Below are positions 39,442 through 49,377 of a DNA stretch of 64,000 bases, in pieces. This DNA is from Ostreococcus lucimarinus. Taxonomy: Eukaryota. Where the stretch lies: NCBI GenBank assembly GCA_000092065.1, contig CP000583.1; one strand, given 5' to 3'. Each line of letters starts with the position of its first letter. The first letter of the stretch is position 1. The notes under the pieces were generated by a model, which saw only the letters and a list, made by a program, of their open reading frames with translations, was not told the origin of the DNA and did not search any database. Made by a program: the position numbers and the translations under genes.

Positions 39442-39612
39442 ACTGGCGCCTCGACGTTGTCTCGAGGACGGTGACGCCGTGTGTAACGTTGAACGATTTT
39501 TGCTTTGAAGGTTCCTTCGTCTAATCGAATGGGCTGTTTTTTGTTTATTAAAAGGTCGCAAGGCCATATAGGATAGTTTTTGACCGAACCGCAGCTGCGC
39601 ACTTTTTGGCTC

Positions 39613-39633
39613 GCCGAGACCGACAGTCTCGGC
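39613..39633. terminator. Perfect 8-bp-stem hairpin (gccgagac-cgaca-gtctcggc) in the shared convergent 3' region of the AP2 and C1D-like genes
   Basis: Read directly. TGTAA motifs lie on both strands nearby (39484 on the plus strand; 'gttacaac' ~39733 on the minus strand). Confidence 0.3.
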
Positions 39634-39757
39634 TAGGCAAACAAGTGGCATCCTTCTCCCATGAAAGGAGTCGTGTGTAAATGTACGAAAAAGACAAAAT
39701 TTAAATAACTGGTGTTACTAGTGTTACAACCGCTCCGCGCGAACCTAGTTCTTCGAC

Positions 39758-40465
39758 CTACTTCTTCTTCGCTTTCTTTGAACCCTTGCCTTTGTTTGCC
39801 GACGCCGCGCGCTTTTTACCTCCGTCCTCCTTACCGTCTTCGCCGCCGTCCCCCTTATCACCCCCTGCCGCCGCCAAACTCGCCTTCAACAGATCTCCCG
39901 GCGAACCAACACCATCTTTAATCGCCTTCGCCGCCGTTTCCACGTCCACGCTCGCCTTTCGCCCGCCGGCGCTCGCCCCCCGCGCGCCGTCCCCGAGCCT
40001 CGCTCGCGTCTCCTCGATCTTCTTCCTGTACGCCTCCACCCGTTTCATCTCCTTCGCCGTCGCGTGCTTCTCCGGATCGACGCCTAGCGTCTTCAGGTAC
40101 ATCCCAAACAGCGCGACGATCGCGCGCGCGGCCTCGCAGTGCACCTCCGCGCGTTCCAACGGCCGCAGTTCCTTCGTCAGCGCCTTGCGGTCGGCGTCGA
40201 GAAACGGCTCGAGCGCGCGTTCGATCGCCTCCGTCGCCGCCTCAAACTCATCGAGCGCCTCGCGAGCGTCTTCAGGGAGCGCGTCATCGGCGACGGCGGG
40301 CATGGCGTCGCGCGCGCGCGTCGCAGCGTCGCGCAATGCCGTGGCGGCGGTGCCGCTGCCACCAGCGCGCGGCGCCACGTCACCACACAAAACGACGCGA
40401 CGACGCGCGCGCGCGACGAGACGCTCGAAAGCGCGCGCGAACGCGTCGAAATATATCGCCGCCAT
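39758..40465 (-). CDS. Sas10/C1D-family nuclear exosome cofactor (Rrp47/Lrp1/C1D-like) with Lys-rich tail
   Basis: 'ELRPLERAEVHCEAARAIVALFGMYLKTLGVDP' matches the Sas10/C1D core. C-terminal KKRAASANKGKGSKKAKKK. ATG at 40463-40465, 65 bp from the divergent HPPD start. Confidence 0.6.
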   Translation of the reverse strand: MAAIYFDAFARAFERLVARARRRVVLCGDVAPRAGGSGTAATALRDAATRARDAMPAVADDALPEDAREALDEFEAATEAIERALEPFLDADRKALTKELRPLERAEVHCEAARAIVALFGMYLKTLGVDPEKHATAKEMKRVEAYRKKIEETRARLGDGARGASAGGRKASVDVETAAKAIKDGVGSPGDLLKASLAAAGGDKGDGGEDGKEDGGKKRAASANKGKGSKKAKKK

Positions 40466-40530
40466 TCGCTCGACGCCACCGAATCGCGCGCGAGAGACGG
40501 CGACGACGGCGATAAGATAAAGCGTCAACG

Positions 40531-41814
40531 ATGGCGACCGTCCCGAGTAAACGAAAGTTGGTCGGGTGCGCGAACTTCGTGCGATCGAACCCGCTGAGCG
40601 ACGCGTTCGAGTGTGAAAAGTTTGACCACATCGAGTTTTGGTGCGGGGATGCGACGAACGCGGCGGCGAGGTTCGGGGTTGGCTTAGGCATGGGGCTGCG
40701 ATGCAAGAGCGACGCGACCACGGGGAACGGGACGTACGCGTCGTACGCGATGAAGTCGAACGATCTGACGTTCGTGTTCACCGCACCGTACGGAGTCGAG
40801 AGCGGAGGTAGTCGAGGGGAAGCGCCGCATCCGGGACACGAGGGACGGGCGATGATGCGATTTTTTGAGAAGCACGGGCTGGCGGCGCGCGCGGTGGGCG
40901 TGCGAGTCAAAGACGCGCGCGCGGCGTATGAGGAGGCAGTGAAACGTGGTGCGCGTGGCGTGCTGGCGCCGACGGTTTTGACACACACAGTAGACGACGG
41001 ATGTGCGAAGGGTGGACAAGTCATCGCGGAGATTGAGCTATATGGCGATGTCGTCTTGCGCTTCGTCAACGCGACGGATGGATTTGACGGAGACTTTCTG
41101 TGCAATTATTCGGCGACGCGCGATGCGCCAGATGTGTCGTATGGGTTGCAGCGCCTCGATCACGCCGTCGGTAACGTGCACGATTTGATCGAAACCGTGG
41201 ATTATATCACCAAAGTCACGGGCTTTCACGAGTTTGCTGAGTTCACGGCGGAGGACATCGGAACGATCGATAGCGGGTTGAATAGCATGGTGTTGGCAAA
41301 CAATAACGAGTACGTGTTATTGCCTGTGAACGAGCCGACGTTCGGGACGAAGCGGAAGAGTCAAATCCAAACATATCTTGAGCAAAACAATGGCCCTGGG
41401 TTGCAGCACTTGGCGTTGAAAACGGATGACATCTTTGCGACGGTGCGAGAAATGCGCAAGTACTCGCACTTGCGAGGCGGATTCGACTTTCAAGCGCCGG
41501 CAAGCGATGACTATTACAAGCAACTCAAGGCGAAAATCGGCGATGCTTTGAACGATGAGCAGTACGCGCTTGTCGAAGAGTTGGGTTTGCTCGTCGATAA
41601 GGACGACCAGGGCGTATTGATTCAGGTCTTCACGAAGCCCGTGGGCGACCGGCCGACGTTATTTTTAGAAATCATCCAGCGCATAGGCTGCATGCGTAGA
41701 AAAGCGGACTCGGAATCATTTGAGCAAGCAGCCGGATGCGGTGGGTTCGGCAAGGGTAATTTCTCCGAACTGTTCAAATCTATTGAAGCGTACGAAGCGA
41801 CGCTTCAAATTTAG
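40531..41814 (+). CDS. HPPD: 4-hydroxyphenylpyruvate dioxygenase
   Basis: Full-length match to HPPD ('FDHIEFWCGDATNAAARF...', 'GLNSMVLANNNEYVLLPVNEP', 'GCGGFGKGNFSELFKSIE'). ATG at 40531. Confidence 0.9.
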   Translation: MATVPSKRKLVGCANFVRSNPLSDAFECEKFDHIEFWCGDATNAAARFGVGLGMGLRCKSDATTGNGTYASYAMKSNDLTFVFTAPYGVESGGSRGEAPHPGHEGRAMMRFFEKHGLAARAVGVRVKDARAAYEEAVKRGARGVLAPTVLTHTVDDGCAKGGQVIAEIELYGDVVLRFVNATDGFDGDFLCNYSATRDAPDVSYGLQRLDHAVGNVHDLIETVDYITKVTGFHEFAEFTAEDIGTIDSGLNSMVLANNNEYVLLPVNEPTFGTKRKSQIQTYLEQNNGPGLQHLALKTDDIFATVREMRKYSHLRGGFDFQAPASDDYYKQLKAKIGDALNDEQYALVEELGLLVDKDDQGVLIQVFTKPVGDRPTLFLEIIQRIGCMRRKADSESFEQAAGCGGFGKGNFSELFKSIEAYEATLQI

Positions 41815-41909
41815 CCAGGCATTGTTATCAAACCATTTCTTATTCCTTACATTCTCGATTCTTTCTGGTTCGGCTAGGGCGCGCTACAATTCGCTAACTA
41901 TCAAAATGC

Positions 41910-43845
41910 TTAGATGAAAGCGAAAGGGTTATCGGTGCTATATTGCGCCGCCGTAGCCGTAGGCTGCGCCGTGCCTGGCGCGGCTACAGGCGCGTGTTGT
42001 ATGGGCGCAGGCTTCGAGATACTTGGTTGCGGCGAGTCCACGGGCGCAAACGAGAAGGAATCTCCTGCCGAATGAGCTTTGATGTCTTCAAACATCATCG
42101 CTTGATGCGTATCTGTGGCCGGCGCTGGCGGCTGCGAAACTGGCATCGGGAATCCCATGGGACCCAGATTCACCGGCTTCGCCGGCACTGGTGGCGGCGC
42201 CGCGGTGGCAACCGGCGCCACCGGAGTTACTGTTGGTGGCGCAGCCGGCGGCGGCTGAGATTCTTGGCTAGGCAAAGATCCAAAAACATCTGCTTCTGGG
42301 GCTTGCGATGGGACTGGCACCGCTTGTGCTGGAGGTGGCCCTGTCTTCGACTTTATTCCCGTCAATTCACCGAACGATGCGAATGGATCTGGCTGTTCCG
42401 GCTCCACCGGCGGTGCTTCCTGTTGCACTGGCGGTTGCTGCGACTGCTGCGGCATCGTTTGCGCGTTGACTGGAGCCATCACTTGCGGCGGCATCATTCC
42501 CGGCATTTGCATTTGCATTTGCGGCGGCATCATTCCCGGCATTTGTTGCATCTGCGGCGGCATCATTCCCGGCATTTGTTGCATCTGCGGCGGCATCATC
42601 CCCGGCATTTGTTGCATCTGCGGTGGCATCATTCCCGGCATTTGTTGCATCTGCGGCGGCATCATCCCCGGCATTTGTTGCATCTGGGGCGGCATCATTC
42701 CTGGCATTTGCATCTGGGGCGGCATTTGCGCTGGGTACTGCTGGATCCCTGGTGCGTTCACCCGCGGATGGACGTGCGGTTGCGGCGGAACCTGCGGCGA
42801 TAGGGTCCAAAAGTCTTCCTCTAAAGCAGGCCGAGATGCAGGCGCTGCAGGAGTCTCGACAGGCGCTGCGGGTGTCTCGATGGTCAAACCTCCGAACAAA
42901 TCAGATTGCTGCGTAGGTGCCGCCGGAGCTTGCGATACGGGCGCGACGCTCGCCGATTCTGGCACCGACGCGGCATACGATTGTTGGGCGACGGCTGGCG
43001 GTGGCTCAAACCCGAAGCTAGGTGCTTCTGCAGCTTGCGGTCGAGAGTCAAACGCGGCTGTCGCAAACGAAGTCCAATCCGCCCCGCTCGCCGGAGCCGG
43101 CGCGGCGGTTTGTTGCGGCGGCTGTGTGGTAGGCGCAACTTGAGCCGGCACCGGCGAATCAAATAAGCCGCCAAACAAATCTGGCGCTTTCGTCGCCGCC
43201 GGTTGTGCCGCCGGCGTCGCCGGAGCCACCTGACCCCCCACCGCGCTCCCCGCCCCGGCGTCGTCGTAGTACAACTTATCCACGAAAACAGCCTTGATCC
43301 ACACCTTTCCTCTCACTGTATTACCACTCTGCGGCAACGGTTCTGCCGGATTCCAGCGCGCTAAAAACGTCCGCCGCGCCGCCTCGTTGCCTTTCCTTCG
43401 CAACATCTCGACCTCATCTCCCGAGAACGTCGACGCACTGATGCTCTTAATCCTAAAATTGAAATCTCTGAATATCCCCGAGCATCTCGTGCACACGAAT
43501 ATTCCGAACGGCACGCACACCGAGCGAGGCGCCTGCGTCGCGGAGTCGTCGCGGTCAGTCATCCGCTGAACTCATCTCAACGTTCACGAGCATCCACGCG
43601 CGTTCCTTCGGTTTCGCGCCCGCGCGCGCGGTATACCGCGCGCAAAAGTAGCGCCGTCGCCGGCGCGCGCGCGCGGGGCGCCGCGCGCCGTTCGAGGGCG
43701 CGAAAGATGCGAAAGTCTCGTCGATAATCTCGTCGAAACACGACGAAGGACGCACCAAAGACCCCGGTCCGACGCACGAGAAGCACGTCTTATTCCCGGG
43801 CTCACGCGCGAGCGCGGTGAGCGCTTGCTCGTTCTTATCGTTCAT
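41910..43845 (-). CDS. AGFG/Hrb-type ArfGAP-domain protein with Pro/Gln/Met-rich repetitive tail. Exon 1 at ~43756..43845, ~220-nt intron, exon 2 at 41910..43532
   Basis: Exon 1 'MNDKNEQALTALAREPGNKTCFSC...' supplies the first CxxC. Exon 2 '...SVCVPFGIFVCTRCSGIFRDF' supplies the rest of the ArfGAP finger. Candidate donor is TTG|GTGCGT and acceptor is CAG|, phase 0. The exact donor is uncertain (finger spacing is 17-19 versus the canonical 16). C-terminal 'PGMMPPQMQQM' x7. Confidence 0.6.
42486..42725. repeat. 33-bp tandem repeat (~7 copies) in-frame within the ArfGAP gene, encoding PGMMPPQMQQM
   Basis: Read directly (gcggcggcatcattcccggcatttgttgcatct repeated). Confidence 0.85.
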
Positions 43846-43995
43846 CGTCTCGCGCGGGTGTCCCGTGCGGTGATGTGCGGCCCTCGAGCGCGCGCGCGCG
43901 GATTCTGTGACGAACGCGCGACGAGAGTCTCGTCACGAGACGACGACGCGCGTTCGACGCTACGTTTGGCTATGACAATTGTGCTAATTTTCGCG

Positions 43996-44721
43996 CTAAT
44001 CTTCGTCAAAGTATTTGTCCTCGGCGTCCTGGTCGATCTCGCGTCGCCAGTGAGCGTCGAGCGCGGCGTCGGCGTCGACGGAGAGGTAATCGAAACCGTC
44101 GTCGCCGCCGGCGAGAAAGCGCTCTCGCATGACGCGTTCAAAATCCGCCGCGCGCGACACGTACTCGGCCTGGGAGATGTACGTCCTCGACCGCCCGCGA
44201 GACGCTCTGTACTCATCGACGTCGACGATGAACGTCGCTTCTTCCGTCGCTTCCTCCGCCGTCGTCGCCGCTCGCCGCTCGCCGCGCGCGTCGCCGTCGC
44301 CGTCGCCGTCGCCGTCCACCGTCGCCCCATCCCATCCCTCGAACATCGCCCTGCGCCACGCCGCATCGCTCACCTTACCGTCCGTCTTCGCCGCCCCGCG
44401 TCCGACCGCGCGTCCGCTCGAGCTCGCGAACGCGTCTCCGAATCGCGCGTCGCTCGCGCTCGCGTCTCCAAACTCTTCCTCCCATCGCGCCTCCGCCGCC
44501 GCTCGAACCTCCCGCGCGCGCTCGCGCGCCAGTATCCGCTCTCCCGCGCCGTCCTCCGCCGCCGTCTCCGGCTCGGCGTCGCCCTTCCGCACGTCCACGC
44601 CGACGATTTCATCGAACGCGCGCGGGTCGCGCGCGCGCATCGAATCCACGCTAAAGTACCCGCTCGCGTCGAGCGCGACGCGCATGTGCGCGTATCGTCG
44701 ATTGCGACGGACGGAGGACAT
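43996..44721 (-). CDS. CCDC97-like protein (DUF2052)
   Basis: 'VRRNRRYAHMRVALDASGYFSVDSMRARDPRAFDEIVG' and C-terminal 'FERVMRERFLAGGDDGFDYLSVDADA...DAEDKYFDED' parallel the CCDC97 conserved blocks. ATG at 44719-44721. The overlapping + ORF 43825..45174 is antisense. Confidence 0.7.
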   Translation of the reverse strand: MSSVRRNRRYAHMRVALDASGYFSVDSMRARDPRAFDEIVGVDVRKGDAEPETAAEDGAGERILARERAREVRAAAEARWEEEFGDASASDARFGDAFASSSGRAVGRGAAKTDGKVSDAAWRRAMFEGWDGATVDGDGDGDGDARGERRAATTAEEATEEATFIVDVDEYRASRGRSRTYISQAEYVSRAADFERVMRERFLAGGDDGFDYLSVDADAALDAHWRREIDQDAEDKYFDED

Positions 44722-45079
44722 TTTCGTCGTCGCCCTCGACGCGCCGCGCGGCGCGTCGCGCTCCGCGGGCGCCGCGGCCGGCGCGCGCCGGCGCCGTCGC
44801 CGCTTTTTGTAATGCAAGACCTGTTTCAAATACCGGACCACGCGCGACCGACAGCTCGACGCCGACGCGCGACGACGCGCGCACACGCCGACGCGCGCGC
44901 GCGACGGACGCCGACGCGCGAGGACTCGCGCGCGATACTCGGGCGCGCATCGCGCGGCGACGACGCGCGCGCGGTGGACGACGACGACGACGACGCGACT
45001 CGACGGTGGATTTTGATTTTTGAAATTTCAAACCGACGCGCGCGAAGATTCGGGAAACGCGCGGACGCGAGCGACGAGG

Positions 45080-48000
45080 ATGGATCGCGCGATGGCGACG
45101 GTGGGCGACGCGGCGATGAAACGCCCGACGGCGGCGCGCGGACGGATCGATCGGATCGAGGTGGAGAATTTTAAGTCGTACAAGGGAAAGCATCAGATCG
45201 GACCTTTTAAATCCTTTACGAGCGTCGTGGGGCCGAACGGGAGCGGGAAGTCGAATCTTATGGATGCGATATCGTTCGTGCTCGGGGTGCGAAGCGCACA
45301 GTTGAGAGGGACGACGTTTAAGGATTTGATCTACACGGTGGACTTGGCGGATGCGAGTGAGAATAGACGAAGCGCTCGGGTGACGTTGGCGTACGAACCG
45401 GAGAATGAGCGAGAGATTTTGTTCTCGAGAGTCATCGAGGCGAGCGGGACGACGCATTACGAGATCGATAACCAACGATTGACGTCGGAGGAGTACAACG
45501 AACGATTGAAGTCGTACGGGATTCTGGTCAAGGCGCGAAACTTTTTGGTGTATCAGGGCGACATCGAGGCGGTGGCGCAGAAAACGCCGAAGGAGTTGAC
45601 GACGCTGATTGAACAAATTTCTGGTTCGGATGAGTACGCGGAGACGTATACGACGAACGAGCGGGCGAAGCAACGTGCCGAGGACGAAGCACACACGAGC
45701 TTTACTAAAAAGAAGTCTTTGATGACGCAGAAGAAGCAGATGCGCGAGCAAAAGGAAGAGGCGGAGAAGCACATGGCGCTTCAAGAACGCGTGAATCAGA
45801 TGAAGGTTGAAAGCACCCTGTTCAAGCTCTATCACATCGATGCCGACATAGACCGCGTTCGTGATGAGATGAGAAACGTGCGTGAAGTTCGCGACGAGCA
45901 CGTGGCTGCGAATGAGGAATCGCTCAAGGAATACGAGGACAAGCGCAAGGAGAAAATGACCAAGGATAAGACGCACTTGGCGCTCAACCGTAAGATTGAA
46001 GCGCTCAAGGGTACGATTTCCAGCCATGCGCCGCGCGTGAATCAGATCAAAGAAGAGACGACTCGAGTTCAGAAGAAATTGGAACTTGGACAGGCGCAAC
46101 TCACCAAGTCCAAGCGAGACGCGGAGAACCAAGCCAAGGAAATCGCAAACATGGAGCAACATTTGGCCAACATCGACAACGCCGAGGCGCTATTCGATCA
46201 AGACCAAAAGCGTCGAATGGAGCAAGATTCGAAGTTTGAATTGACGCCCGAACAACGAGCCGAGTACAACGCGAAGAAAATCGAATCAGGCGCGGCTACG
46301 TTCAAGTTGAAAACCGAACGCGATCAACTGATGTCTCAGCTCAACACAGATGAGGAGGCGGCGTCTCGTTTGTCGAGCAAGACCTCGGAGCTTCAATCTC
46401 GTCTTTCTTTCTTGGAAGAACAAGAAGAGCGCGAAGTTGATCGATCAAAGACGTTGCAACAGACTGAGACGGTCAACAAGGGAGAGCTGAAGAAACTTGA
46501 AAAGAAACTTAAGGAACTTGCCGATGAGAAGCGCACGGTGCGCAGCCGACAAGACCTCTTCAAGGAAAAGATTGACGCCCTCAACGCCAAGCTCCGAGAA
46601 GCCAAGGCCGACCGTAAGCAAAATGAACGCGAAACCAAGGCGCTCGAAGCTATTGCGACGATGAAGCGAATGTTCCCAGGTGTGCATGGTAGACTCACTG
46701 AGCTCATCAAGGTGACGCAAAAGAAGTATGAGCTCGCCGTCATCACTGTGCTCGGTCGTGAAGCCGATGCTGTCGTCGTTGAAGATGCTAAGACGGCGAA
46801 GGAGTGCATTCAGTATTTGAAAGAACAACGCATTCAATCGATGCAGTTCATTCCATTGAAGGAGATCAAAGTTCAAGCCATCAATGAACGCTTGCGTCAC
46901 CTCGGAGGCAGCTCTCGTTTGATTGTCGATGTTCTTCAGTTTGATAAGTCGCGCGAACGTGCCATTCTCTTCGCGTGTGGTGACACTGTGGTGTGTGATA
47001 CGCACGCTGAAGCGAAGAAGTTGGCCTTTAGCGGCGCGCAACGAATCAAGTCAGTGTCGCTGGATGGTACACTCGTCGACAAGAGTGGGCGTCTCACCGG
47101 TGGTTCTTCCTCAGGTTTAGCCGAGAAAGCGAACCGATTCAGTCGAATGGACGTCGAAAACACGCGCCAAGAGAAGATGAAACTCGAAGATGAGCTCGCC
47201 GCTATGAAGAGTCTGACTACGTTGATGCTCGAGGAGCAACAAGTGATCACGGAAAAGACGACGATTGAAAAGGACACGCAATTCTTGCAAGCCGATATGA
47301 AGGCGTTGAAGGATAAACTCGCCAAGTTAGCGCGCGACAAGGCTGTCATCGTCTCATCTCTCGAAGAATCCAAACCAGAACTTGTGGCGGCGCAGAAAGC
47401 GAGCAAAGAAGGCGCGGCCAAGGTTGCGGCGCTTGACAAACAAATTCACGCCATCATCGACGGAATTTACGCCTCGTTTGTCAAGACTCTCAATATTGCG
47501 AATATTCGCGTGTATGAGAACGAACACTTGATGCGCAAGCAGAAAGAAGCCGAAGAGAAGAGTAGATTTGCGTCACAACGCTCGAAGTGGAAGGAACAGC
47601 TCAATTATGAGAAGAGCCGCGACACCGAGGGCCCAGTCAAATCCGCCGAAGGCATGATCGCGAGATACAAAGCTGAACTCGCTGAGCTCGAAGCTTCGGC
47701 GGTGAATGCGATGAAAGAACTCGATGAATCGAAGAATAAGCTTGTGAAGATGGAAACTGAGCATCAACAAGCCAAGGCGCAAGCCAAGGCGCTCGAAAGT
47801 GACATTGTGGTGCTCAAGGAGAAGACTACGATGGCGGTGCAAGAAACAGCTCGACTCGACAAGAAGCTCTCTTCCAGCCAAAACGAAATCGATGCGCAGC
47901 GCGAGATTCGCAATGGTATCATCTCAAACGCGACGATGGAACAAATGGAACTTCCGCGCGTGCTCGCGCTCGGCGCTGGTGAAAACGACGGCGACGCCAT

Positions 48001-48793
48001 GGAAGTTGACGGCGAAACGTCCACCGCTGGGAACGTCGTCCTCGACTACTCCAACTTGAGGAGCGATTTGAAGCAAGTAAGCAAGTTTGAGCGCGAAGGC
48101 AAGGAGAATGAACTTAGAATCAAGATTGATGAGACTTCGATCGAGCTTGCTCGATTGGAGCCGAATATGAAGGCTCTCGAGCAGTACGAGACGATCAAGG
48201 AGAAGGAACGATTGCAGACGTTAGAATTAGAAGCGGCGAAAGAGCGAGTGAAAGAAGCGACCGACGCCTTCGAGGATGTGCGAAGTCGACGACGCTCCAT
48301 CTTCCTCGATGCTTTCCAGCATATCGCCGACTCTATCGACGTTCTGTACAAGGAGTTGACGCAAAGTGCGAGCCACCCGCTCGGCGGTCAGGCATACTTG
48401 AGCCTCGAAAGCAACGAAGATCCTTTCTTGCACGGTGTCAACTTCACCGCCATGCCGCCCACGAAGCGTTTCCGTGAAATGGAACAGCTTTCTGGCGGTG
48501 AGAAGACGATCGCTGCTGTTGCGCTCTTGTTCTCGATTCACTCTTACCGAAGCTCGCCGTTCTTTGTCCTCGACGAAGTCGACGCGGCGCTCGATAAGGT
48601 GAACGTCGAAAAGCTCGCCAAGTTCATGGCTGCGCGCTCGCATGGCAAGGATGGTAAGGATGGCACTCAGTCCATCGTAATTTCTTTGAAGGATTACTTT
48701 TACGACAAGGCGGATGCTCTCGTCGGCGTCACGCGAGACGTCTCGCAGGCGTGCTCCAAGGTGCTGACGTTTGATTTGACGCAATACGACTAA
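45080..48793 (+). CDS. SMC1: Structural maintenance of chromosomes protein 1 (cohesin SMC1)
   Basis: 'GRIDRIEVENFKSYKGKHQIGPFKSFTSVVGPNGSGKSNLMDAISFVLG' Walker A head, long coiled coils, hinge, C-terminal 'LSGGEKTIAAVALLFSIHSYRSSPFFVLDEVDAALD'. Start at 45080 (alternatives 45092 or 45116). Intron-less. Confidence 0.9.
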   Translation: MDRAMATVGDAAMKRPTAARGRIDRIEVENFKSYKGKHQIGPFKSFTSVVGPNGSGKSNLMDAISFVLGVRSAQLRGTTFKDLIYTVDLADASENRRSARVTLAYEPENEREILFSRVIEASGTTHYEIDNQRLTSEEYNERLKSYGILVKARNFLVYQGDIEAVAQKTPKELTTLIEQISGSDEYAETYTTNERAKQRAEDEAHTSFTKKKSLMTQKKQMREQKEEAEKHMALQERVNQMKVESTLFKLYHIDADIDRVRDEMRNVREVRDEHVAANEESLKEYEDKRKEKMTKDKTHLALNRKIEALKGTISSHAPRVNQIKEETTRVQKKLELGQAQLTKSKRDAENQAKEIANMEQHLANIDNAEALFDQDQKRRMEQDSKFELTPEQRAEYNAKKIESGAATFKLKTERDQLMSQLNTDEEAASRLSSKTSELQSRLSFLEEQEEREVDRSKTLQQTETVNKGELKKLEKKLKELADEKRTVRSRQDLFKEKIDALNAKLREAKADRKQNERETKALEAIATMKRMFPGVHGRLTELIKVTQKKYELAVITVLGREADAVVVEDAKTAKECIQYLKEQRIQSMQFIPLKEIKVQAINERLRHLGGSSRLIVDVLQFDKSRERAILFACGDTVVCDTHAEAKKLAFSGAQRIKSVSLDGTLVDKSGRLTGGSSSGLAEKANRFSRMDVENTRQEKMKLEDELAAMKSLTTLMLEEQQVITEKTTIEKDTQFLQADMKALKDKLAKLARDKAVIVSSLEESKPELVAAQKASKEGAAKVAALDKQIHAIIDGIYASFVKTLNIANIRVYENEHLMRKQKEAEEKSRFASQRSKWKEQLNYEKSRDTEGPVKSAEGMIARYKAELAELEASAVNAMKELDESKNKLVKMETEHQQAKAQAKALESDIVVLKEKTTMAVQETARLDKKLSSSQNEIDAQREIRNGIISNATMEQMELPRVLALGAGENDGDAMEVDGETSTAGNVVLDYSNLRSDLKQVSKFEREGKENELRIKIDETSIELARLEPNMKALEQYETIKEKERLQTLELEAAKERVKEATDAFEDVRSRRRSIFLDAFQHIADSIDVLYKELTQSASHPLGGQAYLSLESNEDPFLHGVNFTAMPPTKRFREMEQLSGGEKTIAAVALLFSIHSYRSSPFFVLDEVDAALDKVNVEKLAKFMAARSHGKDGKDGTQSIVISLKDYFYDKADALVGVTRDVSQACSKVLTFDLTQYD

Positions 48794-48896
48794 CCACGAC
48801 GACGACGACGACGACGACGTTACGAAACGGCATTATAGAACTTTTTCACTTGTATTACAAATATATAGGATACGCTCACCACCCAACGCGCACCGC

Positions 48897-49013
48897 TCAC
48901 GGGAAATCTTCCGTCGCGCGAATGACTCTAATTCCGTCGTCGTCATCCACCGTCAACCTATACATCAAGTACGCGATCCCGAGCCCGAACGCCATGACTA
49001 CCGCGCCCTGCAT
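48897..49013 (-). CDS. Candidate 38-aa single-TM micro-protein (MQGAVVMAFGLGIAYLMYRLTVDDDDGIRVIRATEDFP)
   Basis: Sits in an atypically long (584 bp) convergent gap. ATG at 49011-49013 and TGA at 48897-48899. A minus-strand TGTAA lies ~35 nt downstream (plus 'gtattacaa' ~48866). OST4-like size and topology, but no confident homology. Confidence 0.2.
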   Translation of the reverse strand: MQGAVVMAFGLGIAYLMYRLTVDDDDGIRVIRATEDFP

Positions 49014-49377
49014 CGCGAGCGGGATGCTTCGGCGGCGTCGTTCGGGATTCAATAATCCTGCGCGCGCTCCGCGTCAGTCATCGATCGAGCGTCGTGTTCG
49101 GGCGCGAAAACGTGTTGCGTCGAGGATGACGACGCCGCGAGCGGGCGCGCACATCGCGCGCGCGGCGTCGATGCCGACTTACCTGAGTCTTCGCTCGGAC
49201 TGGCGCCGTACATGGAGGACATGGTGCGCGCGACGACCGCCGCTGCGAGATGTGTCGCGCGAGCTTTAGTGTTCGGCGACGACGCTCGTCTTGATACGGG
49301 TGACTTTCGGCGCGCGCGCGGCGGTAGAGACGACGATCACTACGGAGTTGGCGATGTGATATTACTTATATTATTAC

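Noticed and set aside
43825-45174. 449-aa + ORF
   Set aside because: It overlaps the CCDC97-like gene, which has clear conserved blocks on the minus strand, so the + frame is a compositional artefact.
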